This document shows, in pieces, positions 37,501 through 48,964 of a stretch of 64,000 bases of DNA. The notes below the pieces were generated by a model that saw nothing but the letters and a program-made list of their open reading frames with translations, searched no databases and had not been told where the DNA came from. Within the stretch, counting starts at the first letter, position 1, and each line of letters opens with the position of its first letter. The stretch spans positions 34,350,001 through 34,414,000 of the forward strand of contig NC_087447.1 in the NCBI RefSeq assembly GCF_036321535.1. The letters run 5' to 3'. This DNA is from Camelus dromedarius (Eukaryota). A program made the position numbers and the translations under genes.

Positions 37501-40174
37501 ATAGAACTATATGCTTTATCATCAGCCTGAAATAAACTTCTTGTGTGTAATTTCAGGAAGCCCATTATTTCCTGCCTTTCTGAAATGACAGGTGGGCAGA
37601 AGGCAAGAGACCCACACCTTTCTCCCTGACTAGTTCATTCCCAAGCAAAGGAGCCCTGCTTTGCCCATAATTACCCTTCCTAGAACAACTGCCACGTGCT
37701 AGTTGCTTTGCAGATTTTATCCCTGGTCCTCACGATGAAACAGGCATTATTATCCCCATTTTACAGAGGTTTGAGAAAGTGAAGTGGCTTGCTCAAGGGA
37801 GCACAGCGGGCAGGGACAGAAGCAGGATTTGAACAGCAGTCTCTCTGGCTGCACAGTCAAGGCCGCCTTGCTTCTCTCATCAGAATAGGGCTCTGGGTCT
37901 CTTTTTTGGGTGTGGGTGTGTCTACCAGCTTCTCAGCCCACATGCCGCTCCACTGGGCTGGCTGAGGAGGTTGATGTTTAAAAACTGGAGGGCGGGGGAA
38001 AAAAATTCTAAAAACAATAAACGGTGATTCAGACTGAGTCTTAACTCAGGCGGTTACGGGAAACTGGCGGGAAGCGACAGCCTTAGTCACTTAGGAATGG
38101 CCAAGCCCCTGAGTCATGGGCAGCAGGTCACGCTGCTCAGGACAGAAGCCAGCACTGCTTTCAGTGCCAAAAAGGCAGGAAAAAGCTCCAGTTGGGGGTG
38201 GGGGGAGCAGGAGATGAAAGAAATGATGACCCGGAGTGAGAGCCGTTCTGTAAGTGAAGGGCCGGGCCTGCACTGGAACATCCAACCTCCTAACGCTGGC
38301 ATTCCTGTGCCTATCTATGGCTGCCCCCATCTTTTTTCAACCTGATTTGTCTCTATTCTCATTCAAACACTCCACACTCCAGCCAAATGAGATGATCCAC
38401 CACACCCAGGACACCCTCCAGCCCTCTTGTTTCCTTTCCTGCCTGGAATGTCCTTGCCCCTTGCCTCTGGTGCCCCACCCCCCTGGTCCTTGGGCCCCCT
38501 GTGTCTGCCTCTTCTCCTCAGGGCCTTCCCTCTTGCCTTCAGCTCTAAATTCAGGCTCTTGTTCCTCAAATACGTAAGTTCCACGGTAGCTACTAGAAAT
38601 ACAAATATGGATTAGACACAGTCCCCACCTTCTAGAAGCTCACACTTTTGTGTCCCTTTTAGCAAGGAACCAGGTGTATACAGGTAACTGGACAGTAATC
38701 TCCACAAAAGAAGAGCTCTGATGTTGGGGGTCGGGGGAGGGAGGGCAAACCCACTCTAGGAACCTAGGGAGGCTTCCTGGAGAAGGTGATGTTTGAATTG
38801 AATCTTGAAATGTAGGAATTAGTCGGGAGATGGTGGATTAGGGAATACAGATTGGTGGCTATAGAATAATCACTTTTCTGAACTGTCAAAAACAAAAATT
38901 TAGCCTAATAACATGTTTATTGTACAAAAAAGGGAAAAAATTGAAAAAAACAAAGAAGCAAAATAATAGCCCCTGGAAATCCCATTAAAAATTTTGGAGT
39001 AATTCCTTCCAGCCCTTCCTCTGGGTACTTCTATGTGTGTATACATATACATTAAAAAAAAAAAAAAAAACCAGGATAATCTGACTGTTTTATAATCTGC
39101 CTTTTACTCCTAACAATATAATATGGAATCTTTCCATGTAAAGACACACTAGTCAACATAATTCAGAGGTCATGACTTCTCTATCCTGAGAGAGCTTTCG
39201 TTTGGCTCATGTTGAAATTCTGCATCTGCACACCTAGCACTGGGGACGGTGCGAGCTACTTCTCCGCAGGGCCACCCCTCCTAGCAGTCTTCCACGAATA
39301 AGTTCTGCGTCTCTGTTTGTATCACCTGCTTGGATGGTCCAAGCATTGGCAGCTGAGCCCCTGATCCTGAACATTTGAATGGCTATGAAGTATTCCAGAC
39401 ACAAGGCACGTTGGAGTCCCTGGCATCTCATCCGCCCTTCTCTATGGACACTGCCTGTTTCTACCACGAATGTTATTAATCACGTAGCTGCCTGCTCTCC
39501 TCATCCATCAGTGGGCTCCTCAGATACAGGCTCCAGGCCTGACATTTCTCTCTTTCATCCTCTCTCCTTCAGACTCACAGAAGCCAGCACGGCTCCATGG
39601 TGACTCCTGCTCACAAAGTGGTCACTAAACATTTGACAAAGGGATGAAGAAGAAATGTACAAGATCACGGCTTGACCTCTCCTAATCGGAGCGAGATGGT
39701 CACCCCACCATCCAGATCCTGCCACAGATGAAGGACCAGGCCTCCCGGGTTCACATCTGGTTCCACCACCTAGTGGGTTTGGCAAGTTAGAAATCTCCCC
39801 ATGCTTCAACTTCTCCTGTGCAAAATGAAAGTACTAATTGTACCTGTCTCACTGGGCTGCCATGAGGGTGCAGTCCTACACAGGAAGACCTTCTACCAGA
39901 ACCTGACACACAGCCGCAACTTCTAGCTTGCGTTAACTCTTGCCATCCGGATTACCTTTCACTCTCTCCGAGTGTGAGTGTGACTCTCATCTCCCCTCTG
40001 AAGGAGGCATTCCTCTTTGTCAGCCCCGCTCCCTCTGTCCCTGGGGCACAGTCTCTCTGTAGAGAGGGGTCTCTGGCTGGCCTTTGACCTGACAGTGGGG
40101 ATGAAGGCTCTTCTCTTCAAATGGAGTATGGCCAGCAGTTCCCAGGCCTTTGGAAAACCCCAGTGAGTTAGACC

Positions 40175-40392
40175 CAGGATGGGCAAGCCTTTTCTGTAAA
40201 GGGCCAGAGAGGAAATGTTTTAGGCTTGGCAGGCCACATGGTCTCTGCTGCAACTACTCAACCCATAGTAGCACAGAAACAGCCACGGACAATGTGTGAA
40301 TGAGTGTTCATGGCTGTGTTCCAATAAAACTTTATTTACAAAACAGGTGGCAGGCCAGATTTGGCCCATGGGCCATAGTTGGCTAACCCTTG
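40175..40392 (+). mobile_element. MER58A (hAT-Charlie MITE)
   Basis: TTTTCTGTAAAGGGCCAG...GGCTGTGTTCCAATAAAACTTTATTTACAAAA; 8-bp TSD GTTAGACC (40167-40174) / GGTAGACC (40393-40400). Confidence 0.92.
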
Positions 40393-42540
40393 GGTAGACC
40401 AATCACTCACTCAAGCAGTCAGGGCTTGTGGGTCTTCTCTGCTTTGTGCCCCTGAGAAGCTCCTTTCTTGCCCTGAGGCTCAGAGTCCTCATCTATCAGC
40501 TGGGGAGATTGAGACAGATCGCTTTTAAGAGCCATTCTGTCTCTAAAGGGCAGTAATTCCATGCTTGGTAAGTTGTGTGACATCAAGCAAGCTCTGCTTT
40601 TCCTGGGTCAGTCCCTTCCTCTGTAAAATAAAGGAGATTAGCCATTGAGCCCTGACCACGTGCCCAGGAGTGACTTTGGGCCAGGGAGATCCTGAGTTTG
40701 CTATAGAGTAAGTCACAGGCCCTCAGGCACCCCGACCCCCCCCCCACCACCACCACCAGATACTGGTTCTTTCCCTCCTCACTGCCCTCCTCTCCACTGC
40801 CTGGGACCCCTGTGATCTGTCACTGTGGGCTGGGCCAATGTTCAGCCACACACTATGATGCAGCTATGTTGCTCTTGCCCAAATGGCTTGCCGGGAAATC
40901 ACTCCACAGCCAGACTGTCACAGTTCATGACTGATTACTCTGAGCATTCAGGGCAACTCCTCTGCAGAATGCAAGGTAGCAGGGAAGGCTGGGTGTGGTG
41001 TCACTGTGGACTGGATCAGACCACATGTGCCTCAGAGGCCAGTAGGGATGCAGAGTTCCCTGCTCTACAAAGCCAATTCTAGAGCCTCTCTGTGGCTGAC
41101 AGCCTTTACTCTGCCCTACAGAGGCACCGCCTCCACTCCTGGCATGCTTTACATGCGCACGCACACACATGATCACAGGGTACTGTGTGGCCTTTACGTA
41201 CTAGGAAATGTCCTACAGATCTAAGGAGAGTCAGGAAGCTCTCCAGACCCAACCAAATGCTGCCTTTATCCCCATAAAAAAAGACCAGCTGCTCTGGCCT
41301 GACCCACAATGAGGCAGGCCTTAGAAGATGAATCAAGTCGCCAGTGGGGAACCACAGCATCCTTGTGGCCTGACCACTGACGGACAAGACTGGGCCAGCC
41401 TCGGTTCCCTGGGAGCTGAGGTGCCAACGGCTACGACACCACCATAAACTGAGGCAATTCTCATCAGCAGATGCCTCCACCCCACAGAGCGCGTGACTTC
41501 CAATCCTCTCTGGGGTATTGGGATAACAAAGGCTGTGTCCCAGCACTATTGTACAGCTGGGGGAAGGCCGGAAACCAAGCTGCAGGAAACTGGTTGCTAT
41601 GGTTTCCTTGAACGTAATGCCATAGAAAGTGTTTTCTAAAAAAAAAAAAAAAAAAAAATAAGATTTCTGGTTTTTTCCCCCCCAGAGGTATGGAGGGAAA
41701 CATTTATTTCAATATTTACTATAAGCCAGGCATTAAACTAGGTTCTAAACCCTCATAGCAAATTATTAGGTTTAGTGGTATTATCTACATTTTGCAAATG
41801 AAAATATGGAAGCACAGAGAGGTTAAGACACCTGCCCACAGACACACAGATCGAAGGTGGCAGAGCCAGTTTGGAACCCAAGATTGTTCAAGAACCCAAG
41901 AACTCCAGTCCTTGCTTCCTTTCCAACATATAGGCTGGGATTCAGGGGATCCTGCCACCCAGATTATTATCACCTGGGCCCTGGAACAGGGGTGGGATAG
42001 AGGAACAAAGATTCAGGCAAGTTGCTAAGTCAGAAATTAGAGATCTGAGGAATGAGGACCCTGGCAGCTTCTGAGGCACAAGCATCAGGCTCCCGAGGTG
42101 GGTGGAGGGATCACAGGATTTGGCATCAAAGGGCCTGAGGATAAGGTCCACTTTTCCCACTCTCAGTTTGAGCCTCAGTTTCCACATCTGTAAAATGGGT
42201 GTAAAACTCGTATCTGTCTCATAGGGTTGTTGTAAGGATTAACTGAAACAATGCATGTCAAATGCATGGCACAGAGTAAGCACTCAGTTAATGTTAGCAT
42301 TCTGGCTATTGTTACCATTATTCATTATGCTATTTGTGACAACCAACTTGTAAACTTGAAAATTATGAATTGCTGTGCAAATATCAACTAATATAGCGGA
42401 GGGCCCCTGGGAATGGCCGTACAGGTGGTACACTCCACAAGCCACAGGACTGTACCCAGTGGCCCTGATTTAGTGGGGGGATGGAAGGAGACTTCCTACC
42501 ATGCCTCCTTTGGTGAGAACAGTGATGTCCCACAAGTACT

Positions 42541-42810
42541 TTTTTTTTTTTTTAACTGAAGTATAGTTGATTTACCATGTAGTGTTAGTTTCTGGTGTAC
42601 AGCACAGTGATTCAGTTATACATGTTATATATATTCTTTTTCATTATAGGTTATTACAAGCTATTGAATGTAGTTTTCTATGCTATACACTCAGATCTTG
42701 TTGTTTACCTATTTTATATATAGTAGTGTGTATCTGCTAACCCCAAACTCCTAATTTATCCCTCCTTTTCTACTTTCCCCTTTGGTAACCATAAGTTTGC
42801 TTTCTATGTC
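42541..42810 (-). mobile_element. 5'-truncated artiodactyl-type L1 3'UTR
   Basis: Poly-T then TGAAGTATAGTTGATTTAC...CCCCTTTGGTAACCATAAGTTTG; flanking repeat ATGTCCCACA(A/G)GTA(C/T)TT at 42525-42541 and 42806-42822. Confidence 0.88.
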
Positions 42811-43390
42811 CCACAGGTATTTACTGAACACCTAGTAGGTGCCGTGCTTCGTGCTGAGAGGAATACAGGAATACGACATGGTCCCTGCGCTCCAGGATTC
42901 ACGGGTGTAAAGGAGACAGAAGGGGCACACACACTGCCTATTCACTCACAGAGCAGTGCCTCCTCTGGGGGGCATGTGCAGTGGGTGTGCAGAGAAGGGG
43001 GTGCCATCCCTACAGGGAGTGTGTGTGTGTGTGTGTGTGTCTGTGTGTGTGTGTGTCTGTGTGTGATGGTGGCCAGGGAAGATTTTTCCAAGGGGGCATT
43101 TAAATTAAACCTTAAAAGATAAATAGGCATTTGTCAGAGGAGAGGTGGGAGAGGGCAGACTGGGAGGAAAGAACATCTACAAAGACATCAGGGCATTTTG
43201 GGAACACGTGATTAGTGTTTCAAGTACACATGCCTGGTGGAGAGTCGGGGAAGCCTAGAGGCATGGGTAGGATGAGAGATGAAATGGAAAAGAGGGCTGA
43301 GGTCGAGTTGTGCAGGGTCTTTTACACTATGCTAAGGATCCTAAAGGTTTCCCATAGCTGAAGCAGGAAAAGGAAGCCACTGTGTGGGTG
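42811..43390 (-). mobile_element. L2 LINE fragment
   Basis: TATTTACTGAACACCTA...GACATGGTCCCTGC...CAGGGAAGATTTTTCC...AAGATAAATAGGCATTTGTCAG. Confidence 0.7.
43019..43064. repeat. Interrupted (GT)n microsatellite
   Basis: GT run with two CT interruptions. Confidence 0.95.
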
Positions 43391-46300
43391 TGAGATGTGA
43401 CTGGAGGTCTCCAGAGGCCCTTGGGGGATGGAACAGAAGCCATGAGGCTAGAGGGAGCCATCCCTTATCTAGGGCTCTCACTCTCTATGAGGCCCCCTGC
43501 TGAGCTCTGTGCATGGCTTTCCTACTTTAATCCTCATCCAAACTACACAGGGTGGTCCAACTATTGCCCCATTTTTCAGATGAGGAAACTGAGTTTTGGC
43601 AAAGTTCTCCATCAGATCGGAACTCAGGTAGGCTGGCTATTTCCCCTCAGAGTGGCAGCTGCTTCTTACTGTGGACAAGGTGGCACTTTTCAAAGAGGCA
43701 GGAGAGAGGCTGTGGTGTCTGAGGAGGGCAGTAGGCCTTCGGGTGGAGGCCAGCAGTGGGAAGCCCGACACTCCAGGCAGAGAAGTGAAGAAATCCCCAG
43801 GAAGCCCAAGGCACAGGTCCCCTGCTCCCTGGGTGACCCCACTCACAGAAACTTCCCGCTGTCAGCACACGTCCACTGAGATTCCTTTCTGGCCCCACCA
43901 CCCCACCCCTCTTGCTTGGAGAAGGTAAGCGTGGCCCAGGACAACACTCCTGAGAACAAACCCCCACTCCAAGGCTGGGAGAAGGGAACAGAGGAATTCA
44001 ATGTCAAGGCTGGCTGCTTGTAACCTTCCATTGAGAAAACTTGCTGGCTGGGAGCTGCCGGCATTCCTGCCTGTCGAGGGAGGCCCTGGGGCCGCAGGCT
44101 GGCACTCAGAGGCACCGTCTTCCAGGAAGGGAAGACACACGCATGTGCTCCTTCTGAGAGCTTGTCCACACATCCCTCTTGTGCAAAAATCACCCCAGAG
44201 TGGACATGAAAATAAAGTTTGGGGCCCAGATGTTTTTAGGCCAGTCTCTGAAGGTTCCTAGGTCCCTTGGGGGAGACAATGGCTGCAAGTGTCTGTGATC
44301 AGAGGGTACAGAGGAGATGACTCGGGATCAGCAGGAGAGAGGCCAGGGAAGAGCTTGATGCTCCGCCAAGAGCTCCTGCCACATCCCAGGCGGGAGGCAC
44401 TTGGCTGCTCAGCCCAGGCCTGATGACGACCAGAGCTGCTCTCCAAGTGCCCCTGAGTTGCTCTTACTTCATTAGCTCTGTGGCCATAAAAGGATGGCCC
44501 AGCTCAGAGGAGGCGCCCGGCCCCAAGAAGCTGCAAACTGAGTGTCATAAAAACACAGCCCCAAGAAGCAGAAGGGGACGGGCAGGGTGGGAAATTCAAA
44601 TCATCCTGGATGTATTGTTTCTAACAGCTGCTGCCCACCCTGGCCTGGAAGAATGCCAGGTCCTAGCCCCCAAGCCCTGCCATGCCCTGGCTTAGCCCTT
44701 CATGGAAGGAAGGTATCAGGTCCTGGGAGGAGAAACAGCTTTGGTGCATGTGTTGTTTAATCAAACCAAAAGACAATGCACAAACAATTTCAATCCTCCA
44801 TCTGAAACCAATCCTGAGATTTCTTTCAAATCGACTCTTGAGTCTCTCAGTGTCCCCTTCTTCCTCCAATTAAGATTCTATGTGAGAAATTACCTATAGA
44901 ATTTAGTGCCAAGGAACCAGTTCTCAAAGGAGTTGGGTTAAGAGGATGGTGCAAGAAAAGATTTAGAATAAAACTCCTCTGGGTTTGAATACTAGCTGTG
45001 TGACCTTGAGGAAGTCACTTCACCTCTCTGATTTTTGTTGGTTAAATGAGGCTTGTTGTTAAATAAGGATAATGATAATATCTATGTTTGTAAATTGTTA
45101 GAAAAATTAAAATTCTGTGTGTAAGGCATCCAGCATGGTACCTGCCACATAGCAGATGCTCAATAAGCACAGACATACACAAATACATTTATAAAACATA
45201 ATGCAGCCTCTTTTAAGTTCTTAGTCCTATAAATAGAGATAGCCATATCTCTTTACAGCCCATAGGGCTGCCATGTGAAGACACATTTCATGGTAACAGT
45301 ACTCACTGCACGCACCATATCAGCCCCTTTCTCTTGCCCTTCCTTTGCCTCTGCTTATGTCTCAGCTTCTCAGAGGTTCAAAGCCAAATTCAATGTCCAA
45401 TCCAGCTCTTGGGCTATGGTTGTTTCTGACTTCGCTTTCCAGTGATCATCTTGTAAGCATGTAGTTTGTAGCCACCTGTCTCAAATTTCCTTTGCAGAAA
45501 GACCAGGAAAAAAATAAACACTCACAAATCTACATTCTGTGCCATATGAAATTTCCCGTGTCCCTCTGCATCTCTAAGACCTAAATCCTCTTCTCTGAAA
45601 GATGCCGTAAGCTGCTGGCTGGCCTGGGGCTGCACGGTTCCCGGACCCCGATGGACTCGGAGGTAGAGGGTACTCTGCCCACCCACAGGCCCACCCCGAG
45701 CTCGAGCTGGTCAACACAGGACATAACAGCTCTCAGCTTCTCTCAGGCATCTTCGTCACACCCTCCCGCTGCCACTCCATTTGTGCCGATTACCCCCAGT
45801 GCAGCCCTCCTGCCCTCCACGTCCCGGGCCCAGCAGAAGGGAAGGAGCTCCTGCTGGTCAGTCACCTTTACAGGGCATTTGCCAAGGGCTCACTGACTCT
45901 GAAGGCCCCTCCAAGAGGCAGTCTCATCATGCCCACTCTGTGGGGAGAAAGCTCACACTTGGAGAGGTCGAATAACTCAGTCAAGGTCAGTTAGTGACAG
46001 AGGCAAGACTAGAACCCAGGTCAAGGAAAGATGTGCCAACAGTCAACTTTGACCAGCGCTGCTTCCCGAGGGGAACTGCCTCACCGCTAAGGGTTGGATG
46101 TAGATTTAAGCTCTGTGCCTTTAGGAGAGTAAAAAAAATATTGAGAAGAAATGAAACAACTGTGAGTGCTGACTCAGGATCTGGCACTGGCCTGGGGATG
46201 GGATGGAGGCTGCACCTGGAATGAGCACTTACTATATGCCAGGTACTGTGCTAAGTACCCCCCGCTTACAGTCCCCGGGGCACGCAGTGCTGGTTCACCC

Positions 46301-46582
46301 CTGCATACCCCTTGCCCTGCTGTTCCCTCGGCCTTGATCTCATTCCTCCTCTCTTTCATCTCATTCCTAGATGTTCAGGCTAAGCTCAGAAATCATCCCA
46401 GGAAGCCTGCATCCCACAGTTCTCTCCAGGCACCCATCACTCTGTTGTAACAGCCTGTTTAGGAAGTTCTCTCCTTTCAGCCAGGGCACTCCCTGTGGAC
46501 ATAGATGTGCTCCGTACAGCTGTGTATTTCCCACACATAGAATCACACTAAGCACACTAAAATGCAGCATGTTTACATAAAT

Positions 46583-46785
46583 CAGGAGCTGGCAAACTAA
46601 GACCATGGGCCCAATCCAGCCTTTGGCCTATTTTTGAATGGCCTCTGAGCTAGAATGATTTTTACATTTTTAAAGAGTTATAAACAAAACAAAAACAGAA
46701 ATATGCAACAGAGACCATATGTGGTTCTTCAAAGCCTAAAATATTTACTATCTGGCCCTTTGCAGAAAAAGTGTGCCAACCGCTG
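46583..46785. mobile_element. MER58C-like (hAT-Charlie MITE)
   Basis: CAGGAGCTGGCAAACT...AAAGCCTAAAATATTTACTATCTGGCCCTTTGCAGAAAAAGTGTGCCAACCGCTG. Confidence 0.85.
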
Positions 46786-47186
46786 CTCCAAACTGTTGAA
46801 ACTAAGTCCTGAGGGGTGGTGGGGCAATGAAGCTACTAGGATGACTGGGGTTCAGTCTGACCCCAAGGGGCTTATCTGCTGCAGGAGAAACAGGAGCCAC
46901 AGGAACAGGAAGGGAGTGAATAATGCCAGCATGCAGTTAGAGCAGGGGATGTTCGAGAGAGATTTGATGGAGGCAGCTGAGTTCCAAGGGTGACTAGGAT
47001 TTCCGTAGTCACTATAAATAGGAGGCATCCCCAGCTGAAGGACAGAACATAAAAGTTAAATAAGAGGCCCTGTATAAAGAAGACAATACCAGAGAAATCA
47101 CACCATCAATTATGCAGGAATACAGGCGTGAATGTGAGCACGTGCACGTGTGTGCTAGAGACCGTTTGTTCCCTGTAATGACAGTT

Positions 47187-47995
47187 ATTTTAAAATTGTA
47201 GTACAGTCAGTTTACAATGTTGTGTCAATTTCTGGTGTACAGCATAATATTTCAGTCATACGTATACACACATATATTCCTTTTCATATTTTTTCACTAT
47301 AAATTACTATAAGATATTGAATATATTTCTCTGAGCTACACGGAAGAAATTTGTTGTTTATCTACTTTATATACAGTAATTAGTATCTGCAAATCTTGAC
47401 TCCCAGTTTATCCTTTCCCATCCTCTTTCTCCCCTGGTCCCATAAGTTTGTTTTCTATATCTGTGAGTCTGTTTCTATTTTGTAGATAAGTTCATTTGTC
47501 TTTTTTTTTTTTAAGATTCCACATATGAGTGATACCATATGGTATTTTTCTCTTTCTGGCTTACTTCACTTAAAATGATGATCTCCAGGTCCATCCAAGT
47601 TGCTGTAAATGGCATTATTTCATTCTTTTTTATGGCTGAGTAGTATTCCATCATATAAATACACCACAACTTCTTTATCCAGTCATCTGTCGATGGACAT
47701 TTAGGTTGCTTCCATGTCTTGGCTATTGTAAATAATGTTCCTATGAACACGGGGGCACATGTATCTTTTTGAATTAGAGATTTTTCTCCAGATATATGCC
47801 CAAGAGTGAGATTGCTGGATCATATGGTAAGTCTATTTTTAGTTTTTTTAAAATTCTCCTACTGTTTTCCATAACAGCTGCAACAAACTACATTCCCACC
47901 AACAGTGTAGGAGGGTTCCCTTTTCTCCACACCTTTTCCAACATTTATTGTTTGTGGACTTTTTAATGATGGCTATTCTGACTGGTGTAAGGTGA
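47187..47995 (-). mobile_element. L1, 3' segment (end of ORF2 + 3'UTR) of a 5'-inverted insertion
   Basis: ORF 47511-47750(-) FTIAKTWKQPKCPSTDDWIKKLWCIYMMEYYSAIKKNEIMPF is the L1 ORF2p C-terminus; L1 3'UTR follows. Confidence 0.93.
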
Positions 47996-48964
47996 AATAT
48001 TGATTAATGAAATTAAAGAAGACAAAGAAATGGAAAGATATCTCATGCTCTTGGATTTGAAGAATTAATATTGTTTAAATGGCCATACTACCTAAGCAAT
48101 CTAAAGAGTTTAATATGATCCCTATCAAGTTACCCAGGACATTTTTCACAAAACTAGAACAAATAATCCTAAAATTTATATGGAACCACAAAAGACCCAG
48201 AATTGCCAAAGCAATACTGAAGAAAAAGTATAAAGCTGGAAGAATAGCACTTTTAGACTTCAAATAATACTACAGAGCTACAGTAATCAAAACAGCTTGA
48301 TATTGGCACAAAAACAGACACATGGATCAATGGCACAGAATAGAAAGCCAAGAAATAAACCCACAGACTTATGGTCAATTAATCTTCGACCAAGCAGGCA
48401 AGAATATACAATGGAGTAAAGACAATCTCTTCAGCAAGTGGTTTTGGAAAAACTGGACAACCCCGTGTAAATCAGTGAAGTTAGAACACTCCCTCACACC
48501 ATATACAAAAATAAACTCACACTGGCTTAAAGACTTAAACATGACAAGATACTATAAACCTCTTAGAAGAAAACATAGGCAAAACATTTTCTGACACAAA
48601 TCTTAGGAATGTTCTCCCAGGGCAGTCTACCCAGACAATAGAAATAAAAACAAAAATAAACAAGTGGGACCTAATTAAACTTAAAAGCTTTTGTACAGCA
48701 AAGGAAACCATAAGCAAAACAAAACAACAACCTACAGAATGGGAGAAAAGATTTGCAAAAGATGAGACTGACAAAGGTTTAATTTCCAGAATATACAAAC
48801 AGCTCATACAGCTTAATAACAACAACAAAAAAACCCAATCCAAAAATGGGCAGAAGACCTAAACAAGCAATTTTCCAATGAAGACATACAAAAGGCCAAT
48901 AGGCACATGAAAAGATGCTCAATACCACTAATTGTCAGAGAAATGCAAATCAAAACTGCAAGGA
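47996..48964 (+). mobile_element. L1, inverted 5' segment (degenerate ORF2 post-RT region)
   Basis: ORFs MAILPK...[34 protein letters not shown] and [23 protein letters not shown]...LTPYTKINS are L1 ORF2p; stops and frameshifts are present. Confidence 0.93.

Noticed and set aside
47511..48594. ORFs with reverse-transcriptase-protein similarity as genes
   Set aside because: They are fragments of a dead L1 ORF2 with stops and frameshifts
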